DNA of 64,000 nt from Escherichia phage vB_EcoM_ESCO50. The stretch lies in the sequence record OM386664.1, one strand, 5' to 3'. Position 1 is the first letter of the stretch, and each line of letters starts with the position of its first letter. Shown here piece after piece: positions 1 through 10,223 of this stretch. Position numbers and translations under genes: made by a program. The notes beneath the pieces are model-generated. The model ran no database searches. It was not told where the DNA came from and worked only from the letters and a program-made list of their open reading frames with translations.

Positions 1-1923
1 CCCTCTGGTAATACAACTTTTAAGTGCTGATAAGTTTTCTGGATTAGCTACCCTTACATACTGGATTCTGCCGCCTCTACAGATATGGAAGAATGGCTCT
101 TCTAAGTCCTGCTTCTCAAATGGTGTAATATCTGCTGCAACATTCATATGAAAACTATTTGTAAAGTATTCCTTATCAGAAACACCTTTGATAACGCCAA
201 ACATATCTCTGAACTGTTTTAGCTGAGTTCCACAAAGTGATTCTGCTGGAGTGCCATATACCGCATACAAGAAGCCATCTTCGTTCTTAAACTCTTCAGT
301 TTTCATGTTAATGTATGCCAGAACATCATATGCAAAACTACAGCTTCCAACTTCATGGAGTCGTTTACCCTCAGCAAGAACAGATAGCTCATCAAGCGCA
401 GTAACCCCAAAAGAGGCTGTGAAAGATTTCATGATATCCCAACCAACCTTATCAGTAGGCTTCTTAGTCCCTTTGTACAGACCACCTTGTGTAAATGCAA
501 GAGGGTTAGAACTTGCTGGCATATTAGCAATCATTTCGTAACGTTTCTTGTGGAAGCTGCGAATCATCTCTAGGTACTTATCAAGCTCTTTCCAGAAATC
601 TAAACCATTCTCTTTAGAATACTGGTAAATCATTGGTAAGTTCAAAGATACAGCACCAATGTTAGCACGACCAACGTAGAACTCTTCCCCATTCTCGTTA
701 AAATATGGAGATAAGAAGGCTCTGCAACCCATCGGGGAAATTACCTTGCCAGAACGCTCAAAAGCCTCTGCTACAGCACCATGACCAGATACACTTAAGA
801 AATCTGGATACATTGCTTTAGAGCAACACTCGATGGCTTTACTGTACAGGTGTCCTTGACAGATATTCTCATCGTGTCTCTTCTGGTCATAAATATAAAC
901 CAGTTTAGGAAATACAACAGGCTTCTTACTCTTACCTTGTCCATTCATACGAACATCTAGGAGGGTACTTGCAATCATGTATTGCAGTCGGTTATCTTCA
1001 TTAGACATATCTGAGTCAAGTAACCCGAATGTCAAAGTTGTGAATGCAAAATCCCCACGGCTACAAGGTACAGTGTTTAGTTTCATTTCAAGTGACTGGA
1101 AACCTTGAGTCAGTTCAATCTGTAGCTGCTCCATGACATAATTGTGGTAATGTTCTTTAGGAATACCATAAGATGCTGCTTTCTCAGCATGATAGCGTAG
1201 AGACTTCTTAGCATACGGCACAAGTACCTTATCAATCTCTGCTAAAGTAAAACCACCAAATTGCTGTGCAGTTGCTGAAAGAACTACATCACCAATAACC
1301 TGTAAGGCTGACAGTACAGACTTCGGTTCACAGTATTCAATGCCAGACATTTCAAAGCCACCTTTCAGGACTTTACCAATGTCAAACAGACAACAGTTGA
1401 TACCACCAAAAATTAGGTCTCTTAAATCATGGATATAGATAAACCCTTTTTCAATGGCTTCAAGTTCCTCTGGTGTTAAATGGTACTGTTTAAAGATTTC
1501 TTTAGTCAGATAACCACGAATAATTGAGCCTTTTGTAGAAATTAAACTGCTGTCAAAGTTAGCATTCTCTCTGTCACCTAAGAAGAGTGTATCTTTGGTC
1601 TTCTGGTAAAGTTCATCCCAATTTTGAGCAACTTCTTTACGGTAATTTCTATATGTTGAGTAAGACTCATAAATCTCGTGGTTGACTTCTGCCAAAGCAC
1701 CCTCAACAATACTGTGAATATCATTTACTGAAATGAGTAAATTATTCTGCTTAGTGGATTTTACCAGAACCCTCATAAATGCTGACTCAAGAGCTTGGGT
1801 AACATCTGGTGGAAGCTCTTTATAACCAACTCTGTTAGCTGACTTTGTGACTGCTGTTAAAACTTTTTTGATATCAGGTTCTTCGAGTGAGCCATTCTTT
1901 TTAATAATCTGTACTTTGTTCAT
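1..1923 (-). CDS. nrdD: Anaerobic ribonucleoside-triphosphate reductase (class III RNR), N-terminal ~640 aa; gene runs off the window start
   Basis: Reverse-strand translation from ATG at 1923 (RBS aaagggg upstream) gives MNKVQIIKKNGSLEEPD... (ATP-cone-like N-terminus) then GFIYIHDL...INCCLFD...EPKSV...QQFGGFTLAEIDKVLVPYAKKS, which matches the T4 NrdD core as I recall it. No stop before position 1. Confidence 0.85.
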   Translation of the reverse strand, partial: MNKVQIIKKNGSLEEPDIKKVLTAVTKSANRVGYKELPPDVTQALESAFMRVLVKSTKQNNLLISVNDIHSIVEGALAEVNHEIYESYSTYRNYRKEVAQNWDELYQKTKDTLFLGDRENANFDSSLISTKGSIIRGYLTKEIFKQYHLTPEELEAIEKGFIYIHDLRDLIFGGINCCLFDIGKVLKGGFEMSGIEYCEPKSVLSALQVIGDVVLSATAQQFGGFTLAEIDKVLVPYAKKSLRYHAEKAASYGIPKEHYHNYVMEQLQIELTQGFQSLEMKLNTVPCSRGDFAFTTLTFGLLDSDMSNEDNRLQYMIASTLLDVRMNGQGKSKKPVVFPKLVYIYDQKRHDENICQGHLYSKAIECCSKAMYPDFLSVSGHGAVAEAFERSGKVISPMGCRAFLSPYFNENGEEFYVGRANIGAVSLNLPMIYQYSKENGLDFWKELDKYLEMIRSFHKKRYEMIANMPASSNPLAFTQGGLYKGTKKPTDKVGWDIMKSFTASFGVTALDELSVLAEGKRLHEVGSCSFAYDVLAYINMKTEEFKNEDGFLYAVYGTPAESLCGTQLKQFRDMFGVIKGVSDKEYFTNSFHMNVAADITPFEKQDLEEPFFHICRGGRIQYVRVANPENLSALKSCITRG

Positions 1924-1947
1924 TATTGCCCCTTTACATTCTAAAAA

Positions 1948-1963
1948 GGTCTCCGAAGAGACC
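1948..1963. terminator. GC hairpin (ggtctc-cgaa-gagacc) with flanking A/T runs, between nrdD start and upstream small ORF
   Basis: Inverted repeat read directly; T-tract on the minus-strand reading. Confidence 0.4.
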
Positions 1964-1971
1964 CTTTCATT

Positions 1972-2178
1972 TTAAATCTTTTTAGAAAACTTCGCAAAGA
2001 GTTCTCTTAGTTTTTCAGTGATACCTAACTGTATCTCTAATATTTCAAAGATAACCCATAGTAACATGGCTCCAAACAACGAACCTTGTTCAAAGTCAGT
2101 AAATAGGTTAACAATAAGCATACCAATCACAATAGCTGGTGCATCAACAACCAAACCTTCCCAAATGCGTTTAAGCAT
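1972..2178 (-). CDS. Small hydrophobic protein (68 aa), hypothetical
   Basis: ORF track; hydrophobic core; 8-nt overlap with glutaredoxin stop. Confidence 0.35.
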   Translation of the reverse strand: MLKRIWEGLVVDAPAIVIGMLIVNLFTDFEQGSLFGAMLLWVIFEILEIQLGITEKLRELFAKFSKKI

Positions 2179-2413
2179 TATTCACCTCTGCCATAAAATT
2201 CTGTAGCGTCCCAACAGGTTTTAGGTTTTGTCCATCAGTTTTCATGATGAATGGCATCTGACGAACTGGCATCTGTGCAATATCCATTAGTTCTGATAGC
2301 TCATAATCCTGTCCTAACATTCTCACAACATGGTCAATACCACGAGCTTTTGCAAAATTCTTTGCAGTCTCACACTGAGGGCATCCAGTTTTGGAGTAAA
2401 TTACATAAGTCAT
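2171..2413 (-). CDS. Glutaredoxin-like redoxin (NrdH/Grx type)
   Basis: 80 aa with N-terminal CPQC active-site motif (MTYVIYSKTGCPQCETAK); sits directly downstream of nrdB. Confidence 0.75.
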   Translation of the reverse strand: MTYVIYSKTGCPQCETAKNFAKARGIDHVVRMLGQDYELSELMDIAQMPVRQMPFIMKTDGQNLKPVGTLQNFMAEVNNA

Positions 2414-3546
2414 TAAGGAACCTCTAAAAATCCACTATTCAAATCGTCTACAACAGTATTCAATAGGTACGCACCGTTCTGTTGCTCCTGATTAGCATTC
2501 TGCTCTTTATCAATTTCCATCTTCTTAATCATGTACTTCAAAGGTGGTTCTTTAGGAGCTACAAAATCTCTTTGAATACCAAACATATCATATAGCGGGG
2601 CAGCATTATAGTAAACCCACTCATGAAGAAGCTTTGTATTTAAGCCAACTACAGCACGTCCTTCGGAGAAGATATAATACGACCATTTCTCTTCACTTTC
2701 AACTACTTCATCTAAGATTACTTTAATCTCTGGAAGAATTTGTTGAAAAGCTTTCTGCCACTCATCGTCTCTTAAAGTTTCTTTTAAAACTTCAATATCA
2801 ATTTTAGTGTGAAGGATTTCGTCAAGCATAATTTTCTGGACAGCTTGAGCAATACCCTGAAATTTATCTTGAGCATCAAGTGCAAAGGTACATGCAAAGG
2901 ATGCCATAAAAGATATACCTTCCAGTGCAGTCACTGCAAATAGACCTTTCAGAATCACTTTATGGAAGTGTAAAGGGTCTTTGTCCAGAAGTGAGTCGCG
3001 CACATAACTCAGACGATAGTTTATACCTTCATCCAGTAATTCTTCAAGAACACGATTCACAGTTTTTAATCGGTCTTGCACAGCAACATTCTGGTTAATT
3101 TCGTCTAAGATTGTTTCAGGGTTTTTAATACATTGTCTTACAATCTCTGAGTAAGTAAGAGCATGTAGGTTTTCAATCTCAGACTGCTTCATAATTGCAG
3201 TTGCATAGATGTCATCAGAGATAAATGGTGCAAAGGCAAATGCCAAGCTCTTAGCAACTTGAGTGTCTGCTTCCCATTGCCACTTAAGAATCTCAAGCAT
3301 TACACCTGACATTGATGCTGGGACACTCTCAAAATCAAGACGTGATTGTTCAAAAGGAAACTCATCTTCTGACCAGTCTTGTGCTTTTTGTTGTTTATAA
3401 AGTTCAAAGATTTTTGGGTAGTGCTTGTTAAGTGAGTCAAAAGTTTTTCTCTCACCACCTAAAAAGATTGGGTGCTGGTTAATCATAGTGTGATTTCTCC
3501 TTTCTTTATCATTTCTGAGGCTTGTTTTCTGTCTAAAACTTCCCAA
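2413..3546 (-). CDS. nrdB: Ribonucleotide reductase class I small (beta) subunit
   Basis: 377 aa, helical, acidic C-terminus, immediately downstream of nrdA. True start may be the internal Met (MINQHPIF...). Confidence 0.8.
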   Translation of the reverse strand: MGSFRQKTSLRNDKERRNHTMINQHPIFLGGERKTFDSLNKHYPKIFELYKQQKAQDWSEDEFPFEQSRLDFESVPASMSGVMLEILKWQWEADTQVAKSLAFAFAPFISDDIYATAIMKQSEIENLHALTYSEIVRQCIKNPETILDEINQNVAVQDRLKTVNRVLEELLDEGINYRLSYVRDSLLDKDPLHFHKVILKGLFAVTALEGISFMASFACTFALDAQDKFQGIAQAVQKIMLDEILHTKIDIEVLKETLRDDEWQKAFQQILPEIKVILDEVVESEEKWSYYIFSEGRAVVGLNTKLLHEWVYYNAAPLYDMFGIQRDFVAPKEPPLKYMIKKMEIDKEQNANQEQQNGAYLLNTVVDDLNSGFLEVP

Positions 3547-3743
3547 TTTTCTTTGTTAAACATCTCATAAGGTCTTGCGTAGATTTTACCATCTGCTGTA
3601 GAGATGTAAGAGATACCAGCAACCCATGAGTCATCTTTTTGTTTTATCATCATATCTGTGCTACTCACATAGTACATCGTTTTCCGAGGCTTATGGAGCA
3701 AGTATATAGGCCGCTCATGTTTTTCTATTAAATCTTTCATGGT
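3483..3743 (-). CDS. Hypothetical protein (start trimmed to Met MKDLIEKH with GGAGAG RBS)
   Basis: ORF track 3483..3824; upstream part overlaps nrdA 3' end, so internal start at 3743 preferred. Confidence 0.4.
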   Translation of the reverse strand, partial: TMKDLIEKHERPIYLLHKPRKTMYYVSSTDMMIKQKDDSWVAGISYISTADGKIYARPYEMFNKENWEVLDRKQASEMIKKGEITL

Positions 3744-3762
3744 CTCTCCAAAGTTATTTTTA

Positions 3763-3782
3763 GAGGGTCTTTTACGACCCTC
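3763..3782. terminator. Hairpin gagggtc-ttttac-gaccctc just downstream of nrdA stop
   Basis: Perfect 7-bp inverted repeat read directly. Confidence 0.45.
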
Positions 3783-3795
3783 ATAGTTGTTAAAA

Positions 3796-6030
3796 CTAAA
3801 CACCACAACCCTCGCAATAAGCATCTTGCAGTGCAGATTTACCTACACCAATGCGACTGTTAAGGTAGTACATGGTTTTCATACCTACCGAGTTGGCATA
3901 AATCATGTACTTCAGAGCTTGAGCCAATGATACCTTTTTAGACTTTGCATAGTCAACATAGAAGTCTGAAGAAATAGCTTGACCAGTGAACTTTTGAACA
4001 ATTGCATAACAATCAATCATATCAAAGGTGTCAATATCCCAAGCAATTTCATAGACATACTTCAACTCTTCATAATCTGGAACAATAAACAGCACGTTAC
4101 CAGTTGCAGACTTTTTAGTTAAAATAAAGTCACGAATTGGGTACAAGCCATTTGTCGTATTAGTTGCTAGTGAAGAACTCTCATTAGGCATGTAAGCTTC
4201 TAATACAGAGTTTCGGATTCCACCATTTTCTTTGATACGTTGTGCTAAGTCATCCCAATCATATCGTAGTTTTGCATCATGCTTTTCATCAATCTTCTTG
4301 TTAGCTGTTTTTGGAGGAACCCAGCCTTCAGGATACTTAGTGAACTTCATGTACTCTGGAACGCCACGCTCTTTAGCAAGTCTCAGAGAGGCTTCATGCA
4401 GATAGTAAGAGTGCATCTCTGCCAGTTCATGAAGTTTCGTTTTACCTGCTCGTGAAGAGTAGTTCACGTAGTTCTTCGCAAGGTAATGAGCCACATTTGT
4501 AAGGCCAATCCCAACAGAACGACGCTTCTGTACATGGTTACGCATCGACGGATACGGATAATCCATAAGGTCAATAACGGAGTCAACCATTGCAAGAGCA
4601 TAATAAGCAACGTCAGCGTATTCATCTTCTGAAATTCTCCCTGCAACCAAACTAGCTAGGAAGCAAAGAGCTACCTCACCATCCTCTTTCACAGCATCGT
4701 CTCTGTAAAGGTCTGTCTCTTTCTCAAAACCATACACTGGCAACACAATTTCCATACAAAGATTTGACATCTTCAATGGTTCTTTAAATGGTGTATGTGT
4801 GTTCGCATTGTTAGTGAAGAATGGATACACACGACCTGTAGCATAACGCTGTTGAATAAACAGTTTAGCAATTTCACGAGCCTTTACTCGTCTGTGCTTA
4901 ACTCCTGAATGTACTGCGTGACCAACTGCCATAGCAAACTCATCAGCAGATGCTGTGTAGAACATGTCATAGAGTTTTGGTGCATCTTTGTAAGAGAATA
5001 GCAACCAATCTGTATCATACTGAACACACTGCCAGAAGTAATCGTTTGTGCCGAATGAGTAGTCCATCTCATTAATACGTTTAGAAGGAACCGTTGTAGG
5101 GTGCTTCAAACGCAGTAAATCTTCAATCTGCGGGTCTAGAGCAGTGTAGAAGTTATTAGCTGAACCACCACGACTCTTCTGTTTGTTTGCCTCTACAGAT
5201 GAACGTACAAGCTTGTAATAAGGTAGTTTACCCATGTGCTCAATCGTATTTTGACGGATACCATCACCGATGGTACGTGTCTCCATCAGCATACCAATAC
5301 CAGCTTGCTTTGTGGTCATATCATAAGCAACCTTTGCAGCAATACCAAGTGATTCAGCAGTATCATTTGCCTTAATCAAACAGCATGACGCATAGCCTGA
5401 CTTGGTGGCTCTTAAACCGTTTAAATAAGGCGTAGGAGCGTTAATCTTCAGGTCAGATAGGTAAGTGTACAGCTTGATAACATCTTGTAACCTACGGTGC
5501 TTTGGTTGCTTCTCAAAGGCTTTCATAGCCATACCCATAAACATAAACTGTGGTGACTCAAAAAGTCTTCCAGTTTTAATATCACGGATACCATACTTGT
5601 CTCTGAACTGTTTCAAGACTGCATAACCGTAAGAGATATCTTTTGAGTGTACGATGTAACCTTGCAGGTATTCAAGCTCTTCCTGTGAATAATCCATCTT
5701 CTCCCAAAGTCCTGCTCTCTCCATATTTTTAACGAAGGTAATCAGCGTAGGAACCTTAGTAAAGCCTCCAAAGGCTTCTTTGTAGATAATACCCAAAAGT
5801 AGCCGTCCAGCCATATCTGAGTATTCTTGAGTTTGTTTATCAACACAAACATCAATCATGGCTTGGTGCATCTCTTTTGTAGTGCAACCTTCATAGATAC
5901 GTTTCATAGCTTCCATAGTGACTTCTGACCAGATAATTCCACGTTTATCTGCCCATGATGCCCACTTATTCAGTCTTTCTGGGTCAAAGCTTACTACTGT
6001 ACCGTTTGATTTTTTAATTGTCTTAATCAT
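3796..6030 (-). CDS. nrdA: Ribonucleotide reductase class I large (alpha) subunit
   Basis: 744 aa; contains SNLCMEI active-site-type motif and C-terminal CEGCG tail cysteines typical of class I alpha subunits. Confidence 0.9.
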   Translation of the reverse strand: MIKTIKKSNGTVVSFDPERLNKWASWADKRGIIWSEVTMEAMKRIYEGCTTKEMHQAMIDVCVDKQTQEYSDMAGRLLLGIIYKEAFGGFTKVPTLITFVKNMERAGLWEKMDYSQEELEYLQGYIVHSKDISYGYAVLKQFRDKYGIRDIKTGRLFESPQFMFMGMAMKAFEKQPKHRRLQDVIKLYTYLSDLKINAPTPYLNGLRATKSGYASCCLIKANDTAESLGIAAKVAYDMTTKQAGIGMLMETRTIGDGIRQNTIEHMGKLPYYKLVRSSVEANKQKSRGGSANNFYTALDPQIEDLLRLKHPTTVPSKRINEMDYSFGTNDYFWQCVQYDTDWLLFSYKDAPKLYDMFYTASADEFAMAVGHAVHSGVKHRRVKAREIAKLFIQQRYATGRVYPFFTNNANTHTPFKEPLKMSNLCMEIVLPVYGFEKETDLYRDDAVKEDGEVALCFLASLVAGRISEDEYADVAYYALAMVDSVIDLMDYPYPSMRNHVQKRRSVGIGLTNVAHYLAKNYVNYSSRAGKTKLHELAEMHSYYLHEASLRLAKERGVPEYMKFTKYPEGWVPPKTANKKIDEKHDAKLRYDWDDLAQRIKENGGIRNSVLEAYMPNESSSLATNTTNGLYPIRDFILTKKSATGNVLFIVPDYEELKYVYEIAWDIDTFDMIDCYAIVQKFTGQAISSDFYVDYAKSKKVSLAQALKYMIYANSVGMKTMYYLNSRIGVGKSALQDAYCEGCGV

Positions 6031-6052
6031 TTTCGAATCCTACAGATGAAAA

Positions 6053-6070
6053 GAGCCTCCGAAGAGGCTC
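6053..6070. terminator. Hairpin gagcctc-cgaa-gaggctc upstream of nrdA
   Basis: Perfect inverted repeat read directly. Confidence 0.45.
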
Positions 6071-6076
6071 CCTAGT

Positions 6077-6415
6077 TTAAATCTTGAAAATTTGCTCATT
6101 CTGCCACATATCGTAAAACTTATCGCTTACTTTTGTGACTGAAGAGGTGTGCATACAATTCAGGGAGAACCATGATGATGTATTATCATTCATAAGTGTT
6201 TCAAGTTTTTGTGTAGCGTTCACATCCATGTCTGCAACAACGTAATTACCTCGCATCTTGCAAACAATTCTTCCAAACAAGATTGCACTTCTGCCTCTTC
6301 GGTCATCACAGTACATAACTGTGTCCCCGTGCTTAACATCTTGTCCGATACTATCAACACCTAACTTAGCACCTGAGATGATGTCATCATAAGATAGCTT
6401 TTTTGTTTTAGACAC
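6077..6415 (-). CDS. Hypothetical protein (112 aa)
   Basis: ORF track; ATGA-type overlap chain with neighbours. Confidence 0.5.
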   Translation of the reverse strand: MSKTKKLSYDDIISGAKLGVDSIGQDVKHGDTVMYCDDRRGRSAILFGRIVCKMRGNYVVADMDVNATQKLETLMNDNTSSWFSLNCMHTSSVTKVSDKFYDMWQNEQIFKI

Positions 6416-6740
6416 GGTATTTCTCCAAGTTTCTTTTCAGATACAGCCAACCATAGTCAGTCCTTTCTACACCCATAAAGAGCGGAGCCATCACAACTTT
6501 ACCAAAAGTGTTCCTGTGTTGGCAGATTTCAAAAGAATACTCTTTCTCAATGTCAATCCCGTATTTGTACAGGACTGCTTTTAAAACTTGTTCATTATCC
6601 AGAAGTGTATCTGGAGTCTCACCATACTTTTCAAGTAACGGGTCATTCATAAACACCGTCATAGAAATATTGTAGTTTGAGAAGTGGCTCTTCTGAGCCA
6701 CACCCTCTTTATTAATGTTCTGTGAATCCATTATAACCAA
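6408..6740 (-). CDS. Hypothetical protein (110 aa)
   Basis: ORF track; co-directional overlap. Confidence 0.5.
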   Translation of the reverse strand: MVIMDSQNINKEGVAQKSHFSNYNISMTVFMNDPLLEKYGETPDTLLDNEQVLKAVLYKYGIDIEKEYSFEICQHRNTFGKVVMAPLFMGVERTDYGWLYLKRNLEKYRV

Positions 6741-7467
6741 CCCCTTTTAACCAGCACTTCAGGTTATTAGCATCATAATTAAGTTTCGGGTATGAGGTTA
6801 CATGGAACTGTTCACCATCATAGTAGACAATATCTGCAATCCATAGTCCATTCTCTTTACAGAAGTCTTTATCTGCTTTAGAGGTAATTGGATTAACTTC
6901 TACAAAACCATCTACACCCAAATCCTTTAAGCTACCTACAAGACCTTTGCAGATAACGCATGTCTCAGATACTACCACAAAAAGTTCTTGGCTTTCAAGT
7001 TCTACAATGTATTCACCAAGCTGTACTTTAGGGAGATTCGATTGCTTCATAATCTTCCCATCTGCTGCACGAACAATCGCATACCACTCTTTACTATCAA
7101 CTACTGACATTCTGATAGTACACTCTTGACCAGTACGCTTTTCAATGTCTGCAAGACGTTTTAAAGCTTCTTCATAGTCATCTGTGTACTTCAGGTCGTT
7201 ATTATGGCAAACAGCTTCCATAGCACCATTATGGTCATGTTGTGACAGGTAAATCAAACCGTCAAGAACATATTGCAAATCTGCCTGAGCATCCAGTGTC
7301 TCAATGGGGTCTTTCTCTTCAATTGCTTTTACAAGCTCTTTTGCTTCTTCAAGCATACACAGAGATTGAGATTTTAAAGATTCCCAATACTCATCACTAT
7401 AAGGTTGCTTTTGAGTGTTCCCACAACGAAGGTTCCAGTTTTTTACTGATTCTCTTGAGTTAAACAT
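6712..7467 (-). CDS. Hypothetical protein (251 aa)
   Basis: ORF track; no motif recognised. Confidence 0.5.
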   Translation of the reverse strand: MFNSRESVKNWNLRCGNTQKQPYSDEYWESLKSQSLCMLEEAKELVKAIEEKDPIETLDAQADLQYVLDGLIYLSQHDHNGAMEAVCHNNDLKYTDDYEEALKRLADIEKRTGQECTIRMSVVDSKEWYAIVRAADGKIMKQSNLPKVQLGEYIVELESQELFVVVSETCVICKGLVGSLKDLGVDGFVEVNPITSKADKDFCKENGLWIADIVYYDGEQFHVTSYPKLNYDANNLKCWLKGVGYNGFTEH

Positions 7468-7706
7468 TCGGACTCCTTAAAATATTTGTTAACCTTTAGC
7501 TCTCGTGTTTCAATATATTCTAGATGCTCACGTAGCTCTTGACGTTTAAGCATTAGGTGCTGTATTTGAGATTCAACAGCTTCAACTTCTTTAATTATTG
7601 ACTCTCTAGCATTTGCAAGGATGCGCTCAAGTTCTTCAATCTTGCTGTCAACTTTCGCTACATGACTCGCAGCTTTGCTTTTGTTAAACATTTTATTCTC
7701 TCTCAA
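7443..7706 (-). CDS. Hypothetical coiled-coil protein (87 aa)
   Basis: ORF track; charged heptad-like sequence. Confidence 0.4.
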   Translation of the reverse strand: MRENKMFNKSKAASHVAKVDSKIEELERILANARESIIKEVEAVESQIQHLMLKRQELREHLEYIETRELKVNKYFKESECLTQENQ

Positions 7707-7712
7707 TAGTTA

Positions 7713-8210
7713 TCAAGCACAATTTGCTTTCATTACCTTGTGGATTCTTTTTTCAGCATCTTCATAAGTTTCTTTAGTAATAAACTTAATTGCTGCAATG
7801 TTGGCATTGTAGAAGAGTCTGAGCTTAGAGTCAATCCTTTTTGTCATTACATCGAATTTATGTTGAAGGTTTGCTTCACCATAGACTAGACCGCCTTTTG
7901 TGTAGTAGGTCTGAATAATGTAAAAGTCAAAAAATTCTTTCCCAAAGCTCTCAATATCTTTTTTAATATACTCAGAAGAAGTCTCGTAAGTCAGCCAATC
8001 ACTTTCCTTAGTGACTACCTTCTTCCGAGTCTTCCCAGCAACTTTTCTTTTGGTCACACTGTTAAGCTGTTTCTTTCCTATATAATATTGTCCAGTCTTC
8101 TTACAGTGTACTAAATAGACAAAGCCAAAATGTTTAGTGGGGTCAACTTCCCCACATAAAGATACCCAATGACCATAGGTGGGGCAATTGCCAAATCCTT
8201 TAATCTTCAT
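7713..8210 (-). CDS. Hypothetical protein; weak GIY-YIG-like motif, possible homing endonuclease
   Basis: Segment GFVYLVHCKKTGQYYIGKK resembles the GIY...YIG signature, but it starts ~35 residues into the ORF; weak. Confidence 0.35.
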   Translation of the reverse strand: MKIKGFGNCPTYGHWVSLCGEVDPTKHFGFVYLVHCKKTGQYYIGKKQLNSVTKRKVAGKTRKKVVTKESDWLTYETSSEYIKKDIESFGKEFFDFYIIQTYYTKGGLVYGEANLQHKFDVMTKRIDSKLRLFYNANIAAIKFITKETYEDAEKRIHKVMKANCA

Positions 8211-9240
8211 TCATACACGGCTCCCAATTATATTTCTTGAAAGAGAAATCGTCTTTCTTATTTCTTTCCTGATAAGCTAAGAAAAAGTGTTGCTGCATTA
8301 ACTCTAAGGGTGTTCTGGTAATTGTTTGACCATCCCACGAGACATAAGTGTACGACTCTTTCTTAGCATAAAGCTCATAAATTGCATCAAGACACTCTTT
8401 GTAAGTGGTTTTACCTTCAAGGGCTTTCATTACAGTAGCCTTACCAACGCCCTTTAAACCAAAATAATTATCCGCGTTATCACCAGCCACAGCTTGATAA
8501 CAAAGGAATTTGAAACCTACACCAACTGTCTTCTTAGCTTTTGGTGTTGATTTTATTGGGCAATCCCAAATTTCACCAACGTTGTTATCAGCAATGAAAA
8601 TCAAAGGTGACTTTTCATAGGTCATATCAATGCAGTAAGTCCCTTCAGCTTGGCGAAGGTCTTTATCAATACTCATTAAGGCAGCCTTTTTACCCATCTT
8701 TTCAGCTTTAGCAATAACGATAGAGTCAGCTTCAAATCCATCAAGAATTAGTTTGAACTCTGGTCTTGACAGAAGATATTCACGACAAGCAACTAAGTGT
8801 GTTGGTGTGACAGCATTTTTGCGGTTACCTTGATATTGGTGCTCAAGACCTTTAATGTCTTTATGCTTATGCACACCTTTCTCTGTTAAATAGCCTACCC
8901 AAGTTCTCTCTTTACCAACAACCTTAAGCCATTCCTGAAGCACCTGTTGAGTAGCCATGATAGCTTCTTTTTCACTCTTAGCTTCTTTCCAAGTCTGTCT
9001 TTCCCATTCATCTTCATCAAATGTCAGGCCAAGCTCTTCCACAAGGATTCTCTGGTCTGCTAACCATCTTGCAGCATCTTTCGCATTATCAAATGGCTCA
9101 GACTCTTCTGCTGTGAGTTTATTGACGTATTTATATTTTGCTTTCTCAACTACACAAGCACCTTTATAGGCAATACTGTCAGAGTCAATAAAGACGTGTG
9201 TAACTGAATCGGGAAGTTTTGTTAATGTGTACTTCTCCAT
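8200..9240 (-). CDS. 5'-3' exonuclease / flap endonuclease (RNase H-like, FEN family)
   Basis: Motifs FIDSDSIAY, GFEADSIVIA, SIDKDLRQ and helix-hairpin-helix-like AVAGDNADNYFGLKGVGKATV match the acidic-residue clusters and H3TH region of phage/PolA 5' nucleases. Confidence 0.8.
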   Translation of the reverse strand: MEKYTLTKLPDSVTHVFIDSDSIAYKGACVVEKAKYKYVNKLTAEESEPFDNAKDAARWLADQRILVEELGLTFDEDEWERQTWKEAKSEKEAIMATQQVLQEWLKVVGKERTWVGYLTEKGVHKHKDIKGLEHQYQGNRKNAVTPTHLVACREYLLSRPEFKLILDGFEADSIVIAKAEKMGKKAALMSIDKDLRQAEGTYCIDMTYEKSPLIFIADNNVGEIWDCPIKSTPKAKKTVGVGFKFLCYQAVAGDNADNYFGLKGVGKATVMKALEGKTTYKECLDAIYELYAKKESYTYVSWDGQTITRTPLELMQQHFFLAYQERNKKDDFSFKKYNWEPCMNED

Positions 9241-9258
9241 TATGGCTCTCCATATGAA

Positions 9259-9286
9259 AAAGCCCCATACTGAGTACAGGGCTTTA
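9259..9286. terminator. Hairpin (agccc...gggct) between exonuclease and SSB genes
   Basis: Inverted repeat read directly. Confidence 0.4.
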
Positions 9287-9302
9287 AAGTAACTTTTAGA
9301 GA

Positions 9303-10157
9303 TTAGTCTTCTGTATCGAAGTCTTCATCTTCTTCGTCATCTGGGTCTGGCAAATCTTCTTCATCATCATCAGAATCATTCGAAGGTTTGTGGTCTGTTG
9401 CGTCTTCTTCAGTGATTTCACCGTTATCTTCAACACCATCAAGACCAAGCATAGCCAGTTCATCTTCATCCAGTTCAGGTTCACCATTAGCACCGTTACC
9501 ACCAGCGTAAGGTACAAGAGTATCAATGATAAACTGTTCCTGAATAGGTTTTGTCAGAACATTGTTCTCAAAAGTGTAGAAGTGAGTAGAAAGAATCACA
9601 CTACCAAAAGAACCGTTACCAACTGCAATATCTGGATGAATTACATCATAGTTCTTGTCATCTTCATGTTTATCAGATGCTTGAGCTTTGATTTTCTTCA
9701 TCGGCTGTTTAACAGCTACACGCTTACCATTTACTTCTTCAATCAGCATTACAGGGAATGACTGTTTAGCTGTCCATACAGCACCATCTTTATAAGCTGC
9801 TGCACGACTTACTTTCAAGATGTGGTAAGTGTCTGCTTCAAAAGGTGGTTTACAACCAAACTTCTCTTCGAAGTCATCTGCATCAACTGCTTCAGTAGTG
9901 ACTTTATCCCAACCTTCTGGGTTCTTCTTAGACTTAGTAAACTCTTTAAATAGTTTGTTACCGTCTTCTGCCAGAATTGATACGCTGTAGTTACAGTCTT
10001 TGCCTGGGAATTTCTTATCAATAGACTTACCTTTCCCCGGACGTGGTGAAGTGTTCAGGTAATAAAACCAGACATCTTTCAGCAGGTAACGCAGAGTTTG
10101 ACGTTCAGTACCATTGTACTTCTCTACCGGAGCTTTCATTTTAACAACTTTAGACAT
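9303..10157 (-). CDS. Single-stranded DNA-binding protein (T7 gp2.5-like architecture)
   Basis: 284 aa with strongly acidic C-terminal tail (…DDDEEDLPDPDDEEDEDFDTED); located among replication genes. Confidence 0.55.
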   Translation of the reverse strand: MSKVVKMKAPVEKYNGTERQTLRYLLKDVWFYYLNTSPRPGKGKSIDKKFPGKDCNYSVSILAEDGNKLFKEFTKSKKNPEGWDKVTTEAVDADDFEEKFGCKPPFEADTYHILKVSRAAAYKDGAVWTAKQSFPVMLIEEVNGKRVAVKQPMKKIKAQASDKHEDDKNYDVIHPDIAVGNGSFGSVILSTHFYTFENNVLTKPIQEQFIIDTLVPYAGGNGANGEPELDEDELAMLGLDGVEDNGEITEEDATDHKPSNDSDDDEEDLPDPDDEEDEDFDTED

Positions 10158-10194
10158 TATTTTAAACCTCTATCTCAATTTATGAAGAGTACCA

Positions 10195-10223
10195 ATTCTA
10201 ATTTGTTGACACTCTATTGTCAA
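10195..10223 (-). promoter_or_regulatory. Putative sigma70-type promoter for the SSB operon (minus strand: TTGACA-N17-TAGAAT)
   Basis: Reverse complement of 10195-10223 reads TTGACA, 17-nt spacer, TAGAAT; about 40 nt upstream of SSB start. Confidence 0.45.

Noticed and set aside
6077-7467. Small ORFs next to the RNR genes as the anaerobic RNR activase NrdG
   Set aside because: None contains the CxxxCxxC radical-SAM cysteine cluster.
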